Below are positions 53,065 to 62,795 of a stretch of 64,000 nucleotides of DNA, one piece after another. Each line of letters begins with the position of its first letter. The first letter of the stretch is position 1. A program made the position numbers and the translations under genes. The notes under the pieces were generated by a model. That model made no database searches, was not told where the DNA came from, and worked only from the letters and a program-made list of their open reading frames with translations. The stretch is from an uncultured candidatus Porisulfidus sp. Lineage in GTDB: Bacteria; Pseudomonadota; Gammaproteobacteria; Poriferisulfidales; Oxydemutatoraceae. The DNA lies in NCBI GenBank assembly GCA_965215125.1, contig OZ244052.1, positions 1,088,001 to 1,152,000 of the forward strand, given 5' to 3'.

Positions 53065-53119
53065 TAAATTATGACTCCTGCTATGATAAGTGTTCCGATA
53101 TAGTATATAGAAGTTGGCA

Positions 53120-53914
53120 ATGGATCTTTTTCAAGCAAGTATTCTCGCGCTGGTACAGGGAATTACCGAGTTCCTGCCGATTTCAAGTTCCGCACATCTT
53201 ATATTGGCATCGCATGTTTTCGGTTGGGGTGAAGGCTTTCTGGCATTTGATATTGCGGTACATAGTGGCACGTTGGCAGCGGTAGTCTTCCATTTTCGCA
53301 AAGAACTTATCAATATGATATTGAACCGTCCATCGGAGTTAACACTTTCGGTTGATCGAAATATCGGGTTGTTATTAATCGTTGCGTCCTTGCCGGTTTT
53401 TATCGTCGGTGCATTATTAAAGGATATAGTAGCATCCGAGTTGCGTAGCACCGAAGTGATTGCTGCGGCAACGATTATCTTTGCGTTTGTGTTGTGGTTT
53501 GCGGATTTACGAAGAAACACGACAGCGGTGCAGACGATAAATCTTAAGCAGGCGTTTATCATTGGTTTAGCCCAAACGCTTGCCTTAGTTCCCGGCACAT
53601 CCAGGGCCGGCATCACCATCGCCGCAGCATTATTGCTCGGTTTGTCCCGTCGGCAATCGTTGATTTTTTCCTTTTTATTGGCGATACCGGTAATCGGTGC
53701 TGCCAGCGCATTGAACATCTGGGAAATACTGAACGGTTCGGGGATAAATGCGGCGTTGTGGTACCCGATGGTTTTGGGGTTTGTTATTTCCGCGGTATTT
53801 GCATTGCTGACGATAAAATTGTTCATCCACTTTGTCGAAAAAATAGGGTTGCTGCCTTTCGTGATTTATCGTATTTTACTCGGTATGATATTGTTTTTAT
53901 TTATAACGAATTGA
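53120..53914 (+). CDS. uppP: Undecaprenyl-diphosphatase
   Basis: QGITEFLPISSSAH and PGTSRAG motifs. Confidence 0.96.
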   Translation: MDLFQASILALVQGITEFLPISSSAHLILASHVFGWGEGFLAFDIAVHSGTLAAVVFHFRKELINMILNRPSELTLSVDRNIGLLLIVASLPVFIVGALLKDIVASELRSTEVIAAATIIFAFVLWFADLRRNTTAVQTINLKQAFIIGLAQTLALVPGTSRAGITIAAALLLGLSRRQSLIFSFLLAIPVIGAASALNIWEILNGSGINAALWYPMVLGFVISAVFALLTIKLFIHFVEKIGLLPFVIYRILLGMILFLFITN

Positions 53915-55040
53915 GTGCTTCAAGTTGTTGTTCGCGCACTCGTGCTTTTGCCTGCTCACCCGGTAAATCCTGAAGACTTGAATCAAACTTAACTGTGGCA
54001 AGCACATCTATAGCGTGGGTAATGTGATTTATTTGAGGGTCTATATAGATGCCTTCGTAGTTGGATAGCGAATATGCCGTCAACAAGTTCTGAAATTGCT
54101 CAAGGTCTCTGAGTGCGCCCACTTGTGTTAGAAAATCCAATAATTTTTCATTTGATAAATCGGTTGCAGATTTTAACGATGCGTCAAACTGTTCCGCCAA
54201 GCGAATCATTTTTCTGCAACGGCTCGGTAATTTCCATCGCTCGTTCAAAGCGTTGATAGAAACACCGTTGCGATGCGCGTAAAAAGACAATACCGCCAAT
54301 AAAATGTCAGGTGTATGTTTCGATACTCGATCTATTGCATTGAACAAAGAAGTATCCATAGAGATATCGTTTCTGCCGTTAATATTGGCGAGGTGGTGAA
54401 ATAAGTTGTCTAATTCCGGTGCGATGCGAGCCAGCGCGCCGACGTCGAACAACGTTTTTAGGTAAATAGACGGCCGACCGGTTGCAAAAGCCTTAGCTGT
54501 CTCTTGCCAGACACGCTCTGCAACCAAATAATCGACCTCTCCGTTGTCAACCATTTGTTGCATAAAATTTAGCGTTTCGGGTGCGACGCTAAACCCCAGC
54601 GGTTGAAAACGTGCGGCAAAACGCGCCGCGCGCAATATCCTGACCGGGTCTTCCACGAAAGCATTCGAGACATGTTTGATTAAGCGCGCCTTTATATCTT
54701 GCTGTCCGCCCCACGGGTCTATCAATGTGCCGTTTGGATCTTGTGCAATTGCGTTAATAGTTAGATCGCGACGCTTAAGATCATCTTCTATGGTGATATT
54801 CGGTGAGGTGTCGAATTTAAAGCCGTGATAACCATGACTGGTTTTGCGTTCGATACGAGCCAAAGCATATTCTTCGTTTGTTTTGGGGTGTATGAAGACC
54901 GGGAAACTTTTTCCGACTTGCTTGAAGCCTCGTTTTAGCATCTCTTGGGGTGTGGCACCGACAACAACCCAGTCTTTTTCCGACACCTTCTGGTTTAATA
55001 AAGTATCACGCACCGCACCGCCGACTAAATAAATTTTCAT
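53901..55040 (-). CDS. cca: tRNA CCA-adding nucleotidyltransferase
   Basis: MKIYLVGGAVRD, RRDLTINA, EDPVRILRAARF. Confidence 0.95.
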   Translation of the reverse strand: MKIYLVGGAVRDTLLNQKVSEKDWVVVGATPQEMLKRGFKQVGKSFPVFIHPKTNEEYALARIERKTSHGYHGFKFDTSPNITIEDDLKRRDLTINAIAQDPNGTLIDPWGGQQDIKARLIKHVSNAFVEDPVRILRAARFAARFQPLGFSVAPETLNFMQQMVDNGEVDYLVAERVWQETAKAFATGRPSIYLKTLFDVGALARIAPELDNLFHHLANINGRNDISMDTSLFNAIDRVSKHTPDILLAVLSFYAHRNGVSINALNERWKLPSRCRKMIRLAEQFDASLKSATDLSNEKLLDFLTQVGALRDLEQFQNLLTAYSLSNYEGIYIDPQINHITHAIDVLATVKFDSSLQDLPGEQAKARVREQQLEALNSL

Positions 55041-55115
55041 TTTATATAGCATAGCATGTGGGGTTGTGTTCCCCATTAATTTATGAAAACTATAATTGGG
55101 GGGTGCAGGAAATAT

Positions 55116-56387
55116 TTAAGAGATATTGTGCCTTTTTAGATAGTCGGAAATCGCCTGCATTACAAAGTCTTTAACTTGCGGACGGTTTATAAAACCTGTA
55201 GACTTTTCGATGAATTCTTGGGTGCGAATCCGTACCGAGTCGCTCATTCCTTGCGGTGCCTTACCTTTGGTTTTAAGATACTTTGCGTTATGCCACATCT
55301 CAATCACTTCGTTTGTTATTCTTTTTGCTATAGATTGATTATGCATTCTTCTCAGTTGCCCTAAAGAACTGATTTCCCCCGTGCGTACTTGTTCCTTTAT
55401 CTCGAAAGATAATTCTATATTTTCACTATCGGCTTGATAGAAAAGTTGCCTGGCGGATTTACTCATCGGTTTTTTCGTCGGCGCAGTATTTTGTTCACCC
55501 GGTGTTTTTATAAATGCATCGGCATATTCGGCGATTGCTTGATGTGCAATAGAAGAGGCTTCGCCTTCGGTTATTCCTTGTTCCGACGAGAAGTGTGCTT
55601 TTATAATCGCTTCTTGAATATTTGAAGTCAGCCTGTTTCTTTCTGCTAAGTTCTGATTATAAACCTTAACAAGTTTATGATATTTAGGGTCGGATAACTT
55701 TGCCAAAACCTGCGTGTAGCAATGCTCGGGGTTGAAATATTTGGATGCCGACAATAAGTTCTTTACTCGCTCACCGATATGGTTTTCAATAAACTTTCCG
55801 GCGATTGCCGATGCGGTTGTTTTCGAGACTACTCCGCCTTTCCGATAAGCCTCTTCTATAATGGCTTCTTGAATACGAGAGTTTAGTTTTTCAATTTCGG
55901 TTTTCCCGAATGTATAATCTACTTTTTGGGATGCATCATTTATTGCCAAAGAAGGATATTTAGACATTTTTTTAACCAATAATTCGTTGCATTGCTCCGG
56001 CGACAAATAGGCTTGTGTATCGGCTAAAGTACCTTTGGCAATATCTAGATTTTTTAATACTTGCCGCACTTGGCGTGCCGACAGAGGCTTGTTTTGTCTA
56101 CCCAGTTCATAAAGCCGGCTAATATCATCCGTCCCGGCTTCGTAATTCCCGTTGTATTTCCTAAGGACTTCATTGTGGGCGTGTTTAACCTCGGCGATGA
56201 AGGACTCGGTAGCCATCCTATACTCTTGATGGACTTTATTTGGGTTGTATTTGGATTTTATCCAAGTGACAAAGCGCGATATAAAAGAACCACCGCGTAC
56301 ATCCAGTTGGTTCGTGGTTTGATTGAAAAAAATGTTGCCATCTCTATGGGCAACTCTTTGAAAGTCATTTCTGCTTAATTCCGGCAT
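55116..56387 (-). CDS. Hypothetical protein, candidate T3SS effector with an internal repeat
   Basis: Follows the SopB-like gene; GGAGGGG ribosome-binding site; duplicated helical module. Confidence 0.6.
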   Translation of the reverse strand: MPELSRNDFQRVAHRDGNIFFNQTTNQLDVRGGSFISRFVTWIKSKYNPNKVHQEYRMATESFIAEVKHAHNEVLRKYNGNYEAGTDDISRLYELGRQNKPLSARQVRQVLKNLDIAKGTLADTQAYLSPEQCNELLVKKMSKYPSLAINDASQKVDYTFGKTEIEKLNSRIQEAIIEEAYRKGGVVSKTTASAIAGKFIENHIGERVKNLLSASKYFNPEHCYTQVLAKLSDPKYHKLVKVYNQNLAERNRLTSNIQEAIIKAHFSSEQGITEGEASSIAHQAIAEYADAFIKTPGEQNTAPTKKPMSKSARQLFYQADSENIELSFEIKEQVRTGEISSLGQLRRMHNQSIAKRITNEVIEMWHNAKYLKTKGKAPQGMSDSVRIRTQEFIEKSTGFINRPQVKDFVMQAISDYLKRHNIS

Positions 56388-56441
56388 ATTTCCCCTCCTG
56401 TGAATTTTTAGAAAAAGTTTAGATCATTAGTTTTGTTGAAA

Positions 56442-59030
56442 TTAGGTTTTAACGAACTTGGAGCCGCCTTGATATACGTCCATCAAATCGGCTTTGATCC
56501 CTTTGGCAAGCCCCGGAACCCCCTTCAGTTTATATCCTTTTAGACCGACCGTCATCTGCTGCATTTCATGGTTTCCGGTATTCAGTGCGAAATTGGTTCG
56601 CTCACGTCTGGATTCCCGAGTGTATTCCGCATCGGGTTCGGGGATGTTCCCGGTTGTGTATCCCACTGCGGCAAGGTATTTCGCTTCGGCATCCAACTGC
56701 CCGGTGCGATCTTTACCACTTTTGCAATTATAAAGCGTGGTTTCTCCCATCAGATGGCTCACTAAAGCTAAGCGAGAAACCATTTTATAGGGTTCTTTGC
56801 CGCCGCGCTTAAAAGACTGACTACGCCATATCGCCTTTGCTTGTGTTGCCGCCTGCTTTAGCAATGCCGCCCGCCTTTGCGTCGGTGCATCGTTGCTGAC
56901 AGCCATCTGTGCAACTTTTTCGGCTACGGCACCTCCCAAGTTTCGATTTTCGGGATCACCGAGCATGTCGCGTAGTTCCGGATTATTCATACCGGCAGCA
57001 AATCCCCAACCCATCGCTTTACCCCACAAAGGTGTGTTCGGACCTAGCACCCCCTGGCTTGTCGCAACCGCACCTTTGTTAACACCAAAATTCAAGGTGC
57101 GTACCTTGGGCAGAACCTTGATCGATCTGGGGGTTCCTTCGTTATCTCGCACCGTAAGAGTCATCGGCTCCCCCGATGCGGCTAAGGCTTTCAGGCTTTC
57201 GGTTTGACGCACCAACATCGCTTTTTCATCGCTTCCACTACCAGCCTTAAAGCGCGCACGCAATGCATCGGGTGTCACCAGAGAGATTGAGTTTAACGAC
57301 ACACCGACAGTTTCCCCACTGAGCGCAGTTTGCATCTTTTGAGGATCCGAGACGACTGCGGCGGTTAATAATTCTTTTGCCATCATTTTGCTCGACTCGG
57401 CACGAAGTTTGGCGGCAATATCGCGGATTTCGGTGTTGCCTTCTTTAATTTGTCGGGCAATTGTTGCTGCATAAGTATCGGCATCGGTTCCGCTCGGCAT
57501 TTCGACAGCCCCGGTTTCCAGCAACAATTCTTTGACCAGTGTGCCAAGTTTTTCGGGAGGCAAATTCTTAAGATTTTTGTTGTTGATCATATACGGGTCT
57601 AAAACACCGTGCCGTATTCCCGAGAATAAAACCTCGTTGTTTTCTGTAGTCATTTTAGAGTGTGCCATGTTGGGTACATGTTTGCACTGCATACGATCCA
57701 TAGAACTAATGCCGTTGCTCGGATAATCCGTAGCGAAATTTTTTGCCAGATGTCCGGCCGGCGTAATCGTGCTTGTTGCGGTATGTTTTCCTGCCGCCAT
57801 CCTGAAAGCAAACTCTTTTTTGACCACCGGCCACTCTTGCTCGTTGATTTCTCCGATGATTCCTTGCCTTAATAAAAAGCTGACCGGAGGCGTATCCGAT
57901 TCGGCAACACCGGCGGCTTTAAGTTGATTCTTGACAAACAATTCAACGAGCATTGCTTGAGAGATTTTAGGGTGCGACAACGGGATAAGATCTTGCTTTC
58001 TGGCCACCGCCGGGTCAACATGAGATGCATTCCACCGTGCGATGAGTGGAGCCAAAGTACTGGAACCATACTTTTTCTCGTCTTTGACTAAGGTGAAGTC
58101 TTCGGTCAATATCTCCTCCAACGAGAGGTCGCTGGTCGCCGCATCGTATTCTCCTTTTTCAAGTTTTGCATGTTTTTCAAGTCTTTGGCAATGTGCTTCA
58201 AGTGTCTGTATGATTTTATTTTGAGATCTCGTGTTCATCGGCATCTCTTTTATTGCGCGCAGACACCCTTTGACCTGTAAAAGACTATATCCGATGCGCT
58301 CTCCTTTGCTCAGCGGCTCTTGTTCCGGCAAGATCTCCGAGAACAATGCCATCAGGTCTGCTAAATCAAAATGTCGTTCGGCAAAACGTATACTAAAGGC
58401 ATCTACTATAGCTCTACCTTCCGGTGCCAAGTCTTTTCCTTCTAAGTCCATCAAGTGTGCTTGTACAACCGATAAATTCCGCTTATGTGTTCTAAGCAGT
58501 GCATTGAGTTCGTGGATTTCTTTGGGCGAGGCTTTATTTCTGTTTAGCTTGTCGCCCAAATCGGCTATGCGTACCATTTGTTTATCCAACACATTGTTAT
58601 ATTTGCTGAGTGTAGAAAACAACTGTTCCTGTTCACCGGAGATATTGCTACTCTCGCAGTTGTATTCAATATAGTAATCAAGCATAGAGGTAGATTTAGG
58701 CTTTGCCAACATTTCGGCCATTTCTTTAATGTTTTTGTTGGATTGCAACGAAGTGTTAGGATTGCGGGTCAGTAGGCTCGGATCGGTCAAGTTGTGTTGC
58801 GTTCCCCCGGAAATTCTTCGTTGTTGAATGTGATAGGTACGGATAGGCCGCGGTTCCGGCATTTCTTGATCTGCGTTTAGGCCGATGTACGGAACATCAA
58901 CAAAGCGATCGGACCCCCTCGTGATGGATACACGTCGGTTGCCGAATGCCCCGGTAGCATTAGCTGTAGTTGAGGGTTGGGGTTGATTGACTTCGGCGGT
59001 AGGTGCCGAAGCTTTTGTACTAATAGGCAT
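56442..59030 (-). CDS. IpgD/SopB-family inositol phosphate phosphatase effector
   Basis: HVPNM, FSGIRHG, FGVN, EPYKM..RLA and the CX5R motif NCKSGKDRTGQLD; S/T/P-rich N-terminus. Confidence 0.92.
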   Translation of the reverse strand: MPISTKASAPTAEVNQPQPSTTANATGAFGNRRVSITRGSDRFVDVPYIGLNADQEMPEPRPIRTYHIQQRRISGGTQHNLTDPSLLTRNPNTSLQSNKNIKEMAEMLAKPKSTSMLDYYIEYNCESSNISGEQEQLFSTLSKYNNVLDKQMVRIADLGDKLNRNKASPKEIHELNALLRTHKRNLSVVQAHLMDLEGKDLAPEGRAIVDAFSIRFAERHFDLADLMALFSEILPEQEPLSKGERIGYSLLQVKGCLRAIKEMPMNTRSQNKIIQTLEAHCQRLEKHAKLEKGEYDAATSDLSLEEILTEDFTLVKDEKKYGSSTLAPLIARWNASHVDPAVARKQDLIPLSHPKISQAMLVELFVKNQLKAAGVAESDTPPVSFLLRQGIIGEINEQEWPVVKKEFAFRMAAGKHTATSTITPAGHLAKNFATDYPSNGISSMDRMQCKHVPNMAHSKMTTENNEVLFSGIRHGVLDPYMINNKNLKNLPPEKLGTLVKELLLETGAVEMPSGTDADTYAATIARQIKEGNTEIRDIAAKLRAESSKMMAKELLTAAVVSDPQKMQTALSGETVGVSLNSISLVTPDALRARFKAGSGSDEKAMLVRQTESLKALAASGEPMTLTVRDNEGTPRSIKVLPKVRTLNFGVNKGAVATSQGVLGPNTPLWGKAMGWGFAAGMNNPELRDMLGDPENRNLGGAVAEKVAQMAVSNDAPTQRRAALLKQAATQAKAIWRSQSFKRGGKEPYKMVSRLALVSHLMGETTLYNCKSGKDRTGQLDAEAKYLAAVGYTTGNIPEPDAEYTRESRRERTNFALNTGNHEMQQMTVGLKGYKLKGVPGLAKGIKADLMDVYQGGSKFVKT

Positions 59031-59111
59031 GATTTCCCCTCCTTTATTTGATAGATGTTATTTTAATACAACACGGATAGAATTACAATTTTCCATAAGG
59101 CAATAGACATC

Positions 59112-61241
59112 TTATAGACTGATACGGCTCAACGGTTGTACGGTGATTTCTTGGGTTAATTCCTGGTAAGATAATACCGCAAGTTCGTAGAGTTCTACTT
59201 CCAGCATTTTGCGTACATAACGACGTATATCCATTGCCGTTACCAGCACCGGTTTGTTGGCGCGTTTGGCAATATCTACGCCGACGGTTTGTTTGACTTT
59301 TTCGACAAAGTTACGAGTGATGGTCGGGTCTAGTGCCAGATAGTTGCCTGCCGAAGTTTGTCTGATGCCTTTACGTATGGTTTCTTCTAAATCTTGATCT
59401 AGTAAATAGGCGGGCAAAGTATTCTGCCCGCTACTGAACTTATAACTCACATAGCGTTTTAGACTGCTACGCACATACTCGGTTAACAAAACCGTGTCTT
59501 TTTCTTTTTGTCCCCATTCAACCAAAGCCTCCAGTATCAAGCGCATATTACGGATTGAAATGTCTTCACCGACCAGGCGTTGTAAGACTTCGGCGATGGT
59601 ATGTATGGGTAGAATTCTCTGTACTTCCTTGGTCAATTCGGAGAAGTTGATTTCCATTTGTTGCAATAGATAACGCGCCTCCTGTATGCCGATAAAATCT
59701 TCGGAATATCGTTTTAATACATACGAGAGATGGAAAGTCAGTATTTTCGGCAACTCCATATAAGAAAGACTGGCTTTATCCAGTTGTGTCTTATGTTGCA
59801 TATCTATCCATAGCGTTTCTTGTCCCGGCAGAAAGGCTTGACCCGGCTCAAAAGGAATATTCAATATCTCCATTTGTTCTTTACTGTCGCTGTAAAGCAC
59901 ATAGCCGTATCTCAAATTGCCGTGGGCGACGGGCACCTCTTGCATTAAGATGGAGTAATCTCCGGAATTGGCAATATTGGCATTGAAACGCAGATAAATG
60001 CCGGGAAACGGAACCCCTAAATCCAGATACAGTGCCCGCCGAACCTTAAACAATTCGTCGTTGAGTTTTTTGGTGTCCAAGTGTTCTTGTACACCGGCTT
60101 CTATATCGATTAATAAAGGTACACTCAAAGTAAACTCCTCCTGTTCGCTTAGTTTGCCGGTGGGGGGACTGCCGTCTTCGCCGGACGGTGCATTGAAGGG
60201 GAGAGATGCCGATAAAGAATCCTCTTGTTTTTCGGCTTCCCGGCGTTTAATACTATACAACAAAAACAAACCACCGCCGCCGGTTACGATGGAGAGTAAG
60301 ACAAAGACCGGCGTGGGGAATCCGGGGATTAAGCCGAATACGAGCATCAAGCCCGATGCCACCAATAGGGCGCGCGGCTGCGCACCTATCTGGCCGCTGA
60401 TGTCGGCGGCTAAATCGGCACTCGTTGTGGAATCGGCAGGATTGTCGGTCGTCACCCGGGTGACGATAATGCCGGCGGTAAGCGCAATTAACAAAGCAGG
60501 TATTTGGGTAATCAAGCCGTCGCCTATGGTTAGGATAGAATAGACATGCATTGCTTCGCCAACATCCATGCCGCGTTGCATAACGCCGATCGTCAATCCG
60601 CCTATCAAATTAACGACTATGATAATCAGACCGGCGATGGCATCGCCTTTTACGAACTTCATTGCACCGTCCATAGAACCGTATAGTTGACTTTCTTTCT
60701 CGACCAGGGATCGGCGATGGCGCGCCTGTTCTACATCGATGACACCGGCGCGCATGTCACCGTCGATGCTCATTTGTTTACCGGGCATTGCATCCAGCGA
60801 GAACCTTGCGCTCACTTCGGCAACCCTTTCGGCTCCTTTGGTAATCACCATAAACTGAACGATGGTGATAATCAGAAATATCACCATACCGACTATCAGG
60901 TTTCCGGCGACCACGAAATTGCCGAAAGTAAATATGATCTGTCCGGCATCGGCTTGTAGCAGAATCAAGCGCGTCGTCGATATAGAAAGTGCGAGCCTAA
61001 AAAGTGTGGTTAGGAGTAGCACCGAAGGAAATGCCGAAAACTCCAGTGGCGATGCGATATAAATAGCCAGCATCAGCAGGATGACCGACATGCTCATGTT
61101 GGTGCCTATCAAAATATCTATTAACGTAGTCGGTAGCGGTAGTACCATCATAAAGATGATAAACACCAGCATCAAAGCCAGCAAGACATCGTTGCGTGAA
61201 GTGATTTTGATCAGTACCTTTTGAAAACCTTCCTTATCCAT
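59112..61241 (-). CDS. sctV: T3SS export gate SctV (YscV/LcrD)
   Basis: [54 protein letters not shown]. Confidence 0.97.
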   Translation of the reverse strand: MDKEGFQKVLIKITSRNDVLLALMLVFIIFMMVLPLPTTLIDILIGTNMSMSVILLMLAIYIASPLEFSAFPSVLLLTTLFRLALSISTTRLILLQADAGQIIFTFGNFVVAGNLIVGMVIFLIITIVQFMVITKGAERVAEVSARFSLDAMPGKQMSIDGDMRAGVIDVEQARHRRSLVEKESQLYGSMDGAMKFVKGDAIAGLIIIVVNLIGGLTIGVMQRGMDVGEAMHVYSILTIGDGLITQIPALLIALTAGIIVTRVTTDNPADSTTSADLAADISGQIGAQPRALLVASGLMLVFGLIPGFPTPVFVLLSIVTGGGGLFLLYSIKRREAEKQEDSLSASLPFNAPSGEDGSPPTGKLSEQEEFTLSVPLLIDIEAGVQEHLDTKKLNDELFKVRRALYLDLGVPFPGIYLRFNANIANSGDYSILMQEVPVAHGNLRYGYVLYSDSKEQMEILNIPFEPGQAFLPGQETLWIDMQHKTQLDKASLSYMELPKILTFHLSYVLKRYSEDFIGIQEARYLLQQMEINFSELTKEVQRILPIHTIAEVLQRLVGEDISIRNMRLILEALVEWGQKEKDTVLLTEYVRSSLKRYVSYKFSSGQNTLPAYLLDQDLEETIRKGIRQTSAGNYLALDPTITRNFVEKVKQTVGVDIAKRANKPVLVTAMDIRRYVRKMLEVELYELAVLSYQELTQEITVQPLSRISL

Positions 61242-61614
61242 TTTTTGGGTTATGCGTGTCCGGCTTCAGGGCTGAGATCAGACCGATGTATTTTTGAAAT
61301 TCGTCTTTGGATTCTTCGATTTTACCGAACCCCCATAGTGCACGTGCTCGCAACAAGCTGAGGTACGCAAGTTGCTCGCGATTCGTTTGATCTAATTGTG
61401 CAAGCAGCGTTGCGGTTTCAAGAACACGTTGATAGCGGGCAGCCAGCAAATAAGCGTATACCAGCATCCGCAATGCTTGCTGATTGTCGGGTTGTAGCGC
61501 GCAGAGTAACTCTAGCAGGGTGATTGCCTGAGCTGCCATATTTTGTCCTAAATACGAATGTGCCGAACCCAGCAACCAATGCGTATAAGCCTCGTTGAGC
61601 ACTTGCTTTGCCAT
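61234..61614 (-). CDS. TPR chaperone, SctY/YscY-like
   Basis: TPR-like helices ([15 protein letters not shown]; LLRARALW); immediately upstream of sctV. Confidence 0.8.
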   Translation of the reverse strand: MAKQVLNEAYTHWLLGSAHSYLGQNMAAQAITLLELLCALQPDNQQALRMLVYAYLLAARYQRVLETATLLAQLDQTNREQLAYLSLLRARALWGFGKIEESKDEFQKYIGLISALKPDTHNPKNG

Positions 61615-61632
61615 TGATCTTAGCTAAACCGC

Positions 61633-62022
61633 TTAACCTTGTACGAGTTGGTTGCGACCCATGCAAAAAGCATGATAGTCGTTGTGCATTTGTTCAAGCA
61701 GGGTTTGCGCATCTTTTATCTTCTGCGGTTCTATATCTTCGAAATCGGCGTTTTCGGTTGATATTTTTTCTCGCAGGTGGTTAAGCACCGTACTATAGGT
61801 GGTCGGTAACATGACATCTTTTTCGGGAATTTGGGGATAAATCATTTTATTTATTAGCTGCCGAGCGTAGCTGGTGTTAAAGATTTTTTCCAGATTGGAC
61901 GGTTCGTGTATGCCGAGCGGTCGAGTTGCTTTTTGGTCGGGGAAAATCGGCGGCTCGGCACTGTCCGGCACCCTCGGTTGGTGTAATACTCTCTCTATGC
62001 CGGTGTCAAGAAAAACTGCCAT
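61633..62022 (-). CDS. SctX/YscX-like protein
   Basis: LDTGIERV start and RNQLVQG end; size and position match YscX. Confidence 0.72.
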   Translation of the reverse strand: MAVFLDTGIERVLHQPRVPDSAEPPIFPDQKATRPLGIHEPSNLEKIFNTSYARQLINKMIYPQIPEKDVMLPTTYSTVLNHLREKISTENADFEDIEPQKIKDAQTLLEQMHNDYHAFCMGRNQLVQG

Positions 62023-62403
62023 TTATGTTTCCTCCTTTATATGTAGCTGTTTGCGCGCCTCCAGCGGATCGTCGTACACCGGGATAAAATCGGAAAATCC
62101 GGTTATATTCAGAACCCGCTTTATATTATCCGCCACCGCGCACAACAAAAAATGCCCGTTGTCGTGCTCGGATATTTCCTTGAAGGATTTCAAGAAAACA
62201 CTCAACCCGGCACTACTGACATAGCGCAACGATTCGCACGATAAGATAATATTTGAAACCCCGTCATCGATCAAGGACGACAGAGCGACATCTAAATCAC
62301 TCGCATTCGTTGAATCCAAACGACCACTCAGTTTAATCAACGCCATCGCGTTATTCTTTTCCGCTATTTGTAATTCTAGGCTGCCCGAACTTAGAAAACT
62401 CAT
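62023..62403 (-). CDS. STAS-domain anti-sigma-factor antagonist (RsbV/BtrV-like)
   Basis: LSGRLD, LRYVSSAGL containing the phosphoacceptor-type serine, VLNITGF. Confidence 0.92.
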   Translation of the reverse strand: MSFLSSGSLELQIAEKNNAMALIKLSGRLDSTNASDLDVALSSLIDDGVSNIILSCESLRYVSSAGLSVFLKSFKEISEHDNGHFLLCAVADNIKRVLNITGFSDFIPVYDDPLEARKQLHIKEET

Positions 62404-62795
62404 CCGTCTATGTCCGTATAGAGTTTGTACATTAAATCAAATGCCCGATTAAGGTTCTCTGCCCAGGCTTGCTCTACGCGCACCATCAAGACCAAAGTAT
62501 CGTTGCCTCTTAGACCCACTTGTACGACCAACGGTAAGAATTTATCGTGGTGTGTGGCGGTCAATATTTGTTTTATCTTATCGTATAATTCGTGTGTCGG
62601 CACTTTTCTGAACAATGCCAGCACGATACCGCGTCCCTCGTTCAGCTCTTCTATATCCAAAATATAGTCCTCTTCGCCGATCGTGATATTATTGACATAC
62701 GGCGCATCGGAACTCGGCATATTAAAACTCTCAAAGCCTAGATTGCGCATAAAACCCGCTAGTGCAGTATCCCATTGTGCAGCCATCCGCATCAC
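62400..62795 (-). CDS. T3SS chaperone, SycN-like
   Basis: 131-aa acidic protein, WDTALAGFMRNLG; immediately after the gatekeeper gene. Confidence 0.65.
   Translation of the reverse strand: MMRMAAQWDTALAGFMRNLGFESFNMPSSDAPYVNNITIGEEDYILDIEELNEGRGIVLALFRKVPTHELYDKIKQILTATHHDKFLPLVVQVGLRGNDTLVLMVRVEQAWAENLNRAFDLMYKLYTDIDG

Noticed and set aside
59112-61241. Flagellar FlhA
   Set aside because: The neighbours are SctW, SctX/Y-like and effector genes, not flagellar genes.
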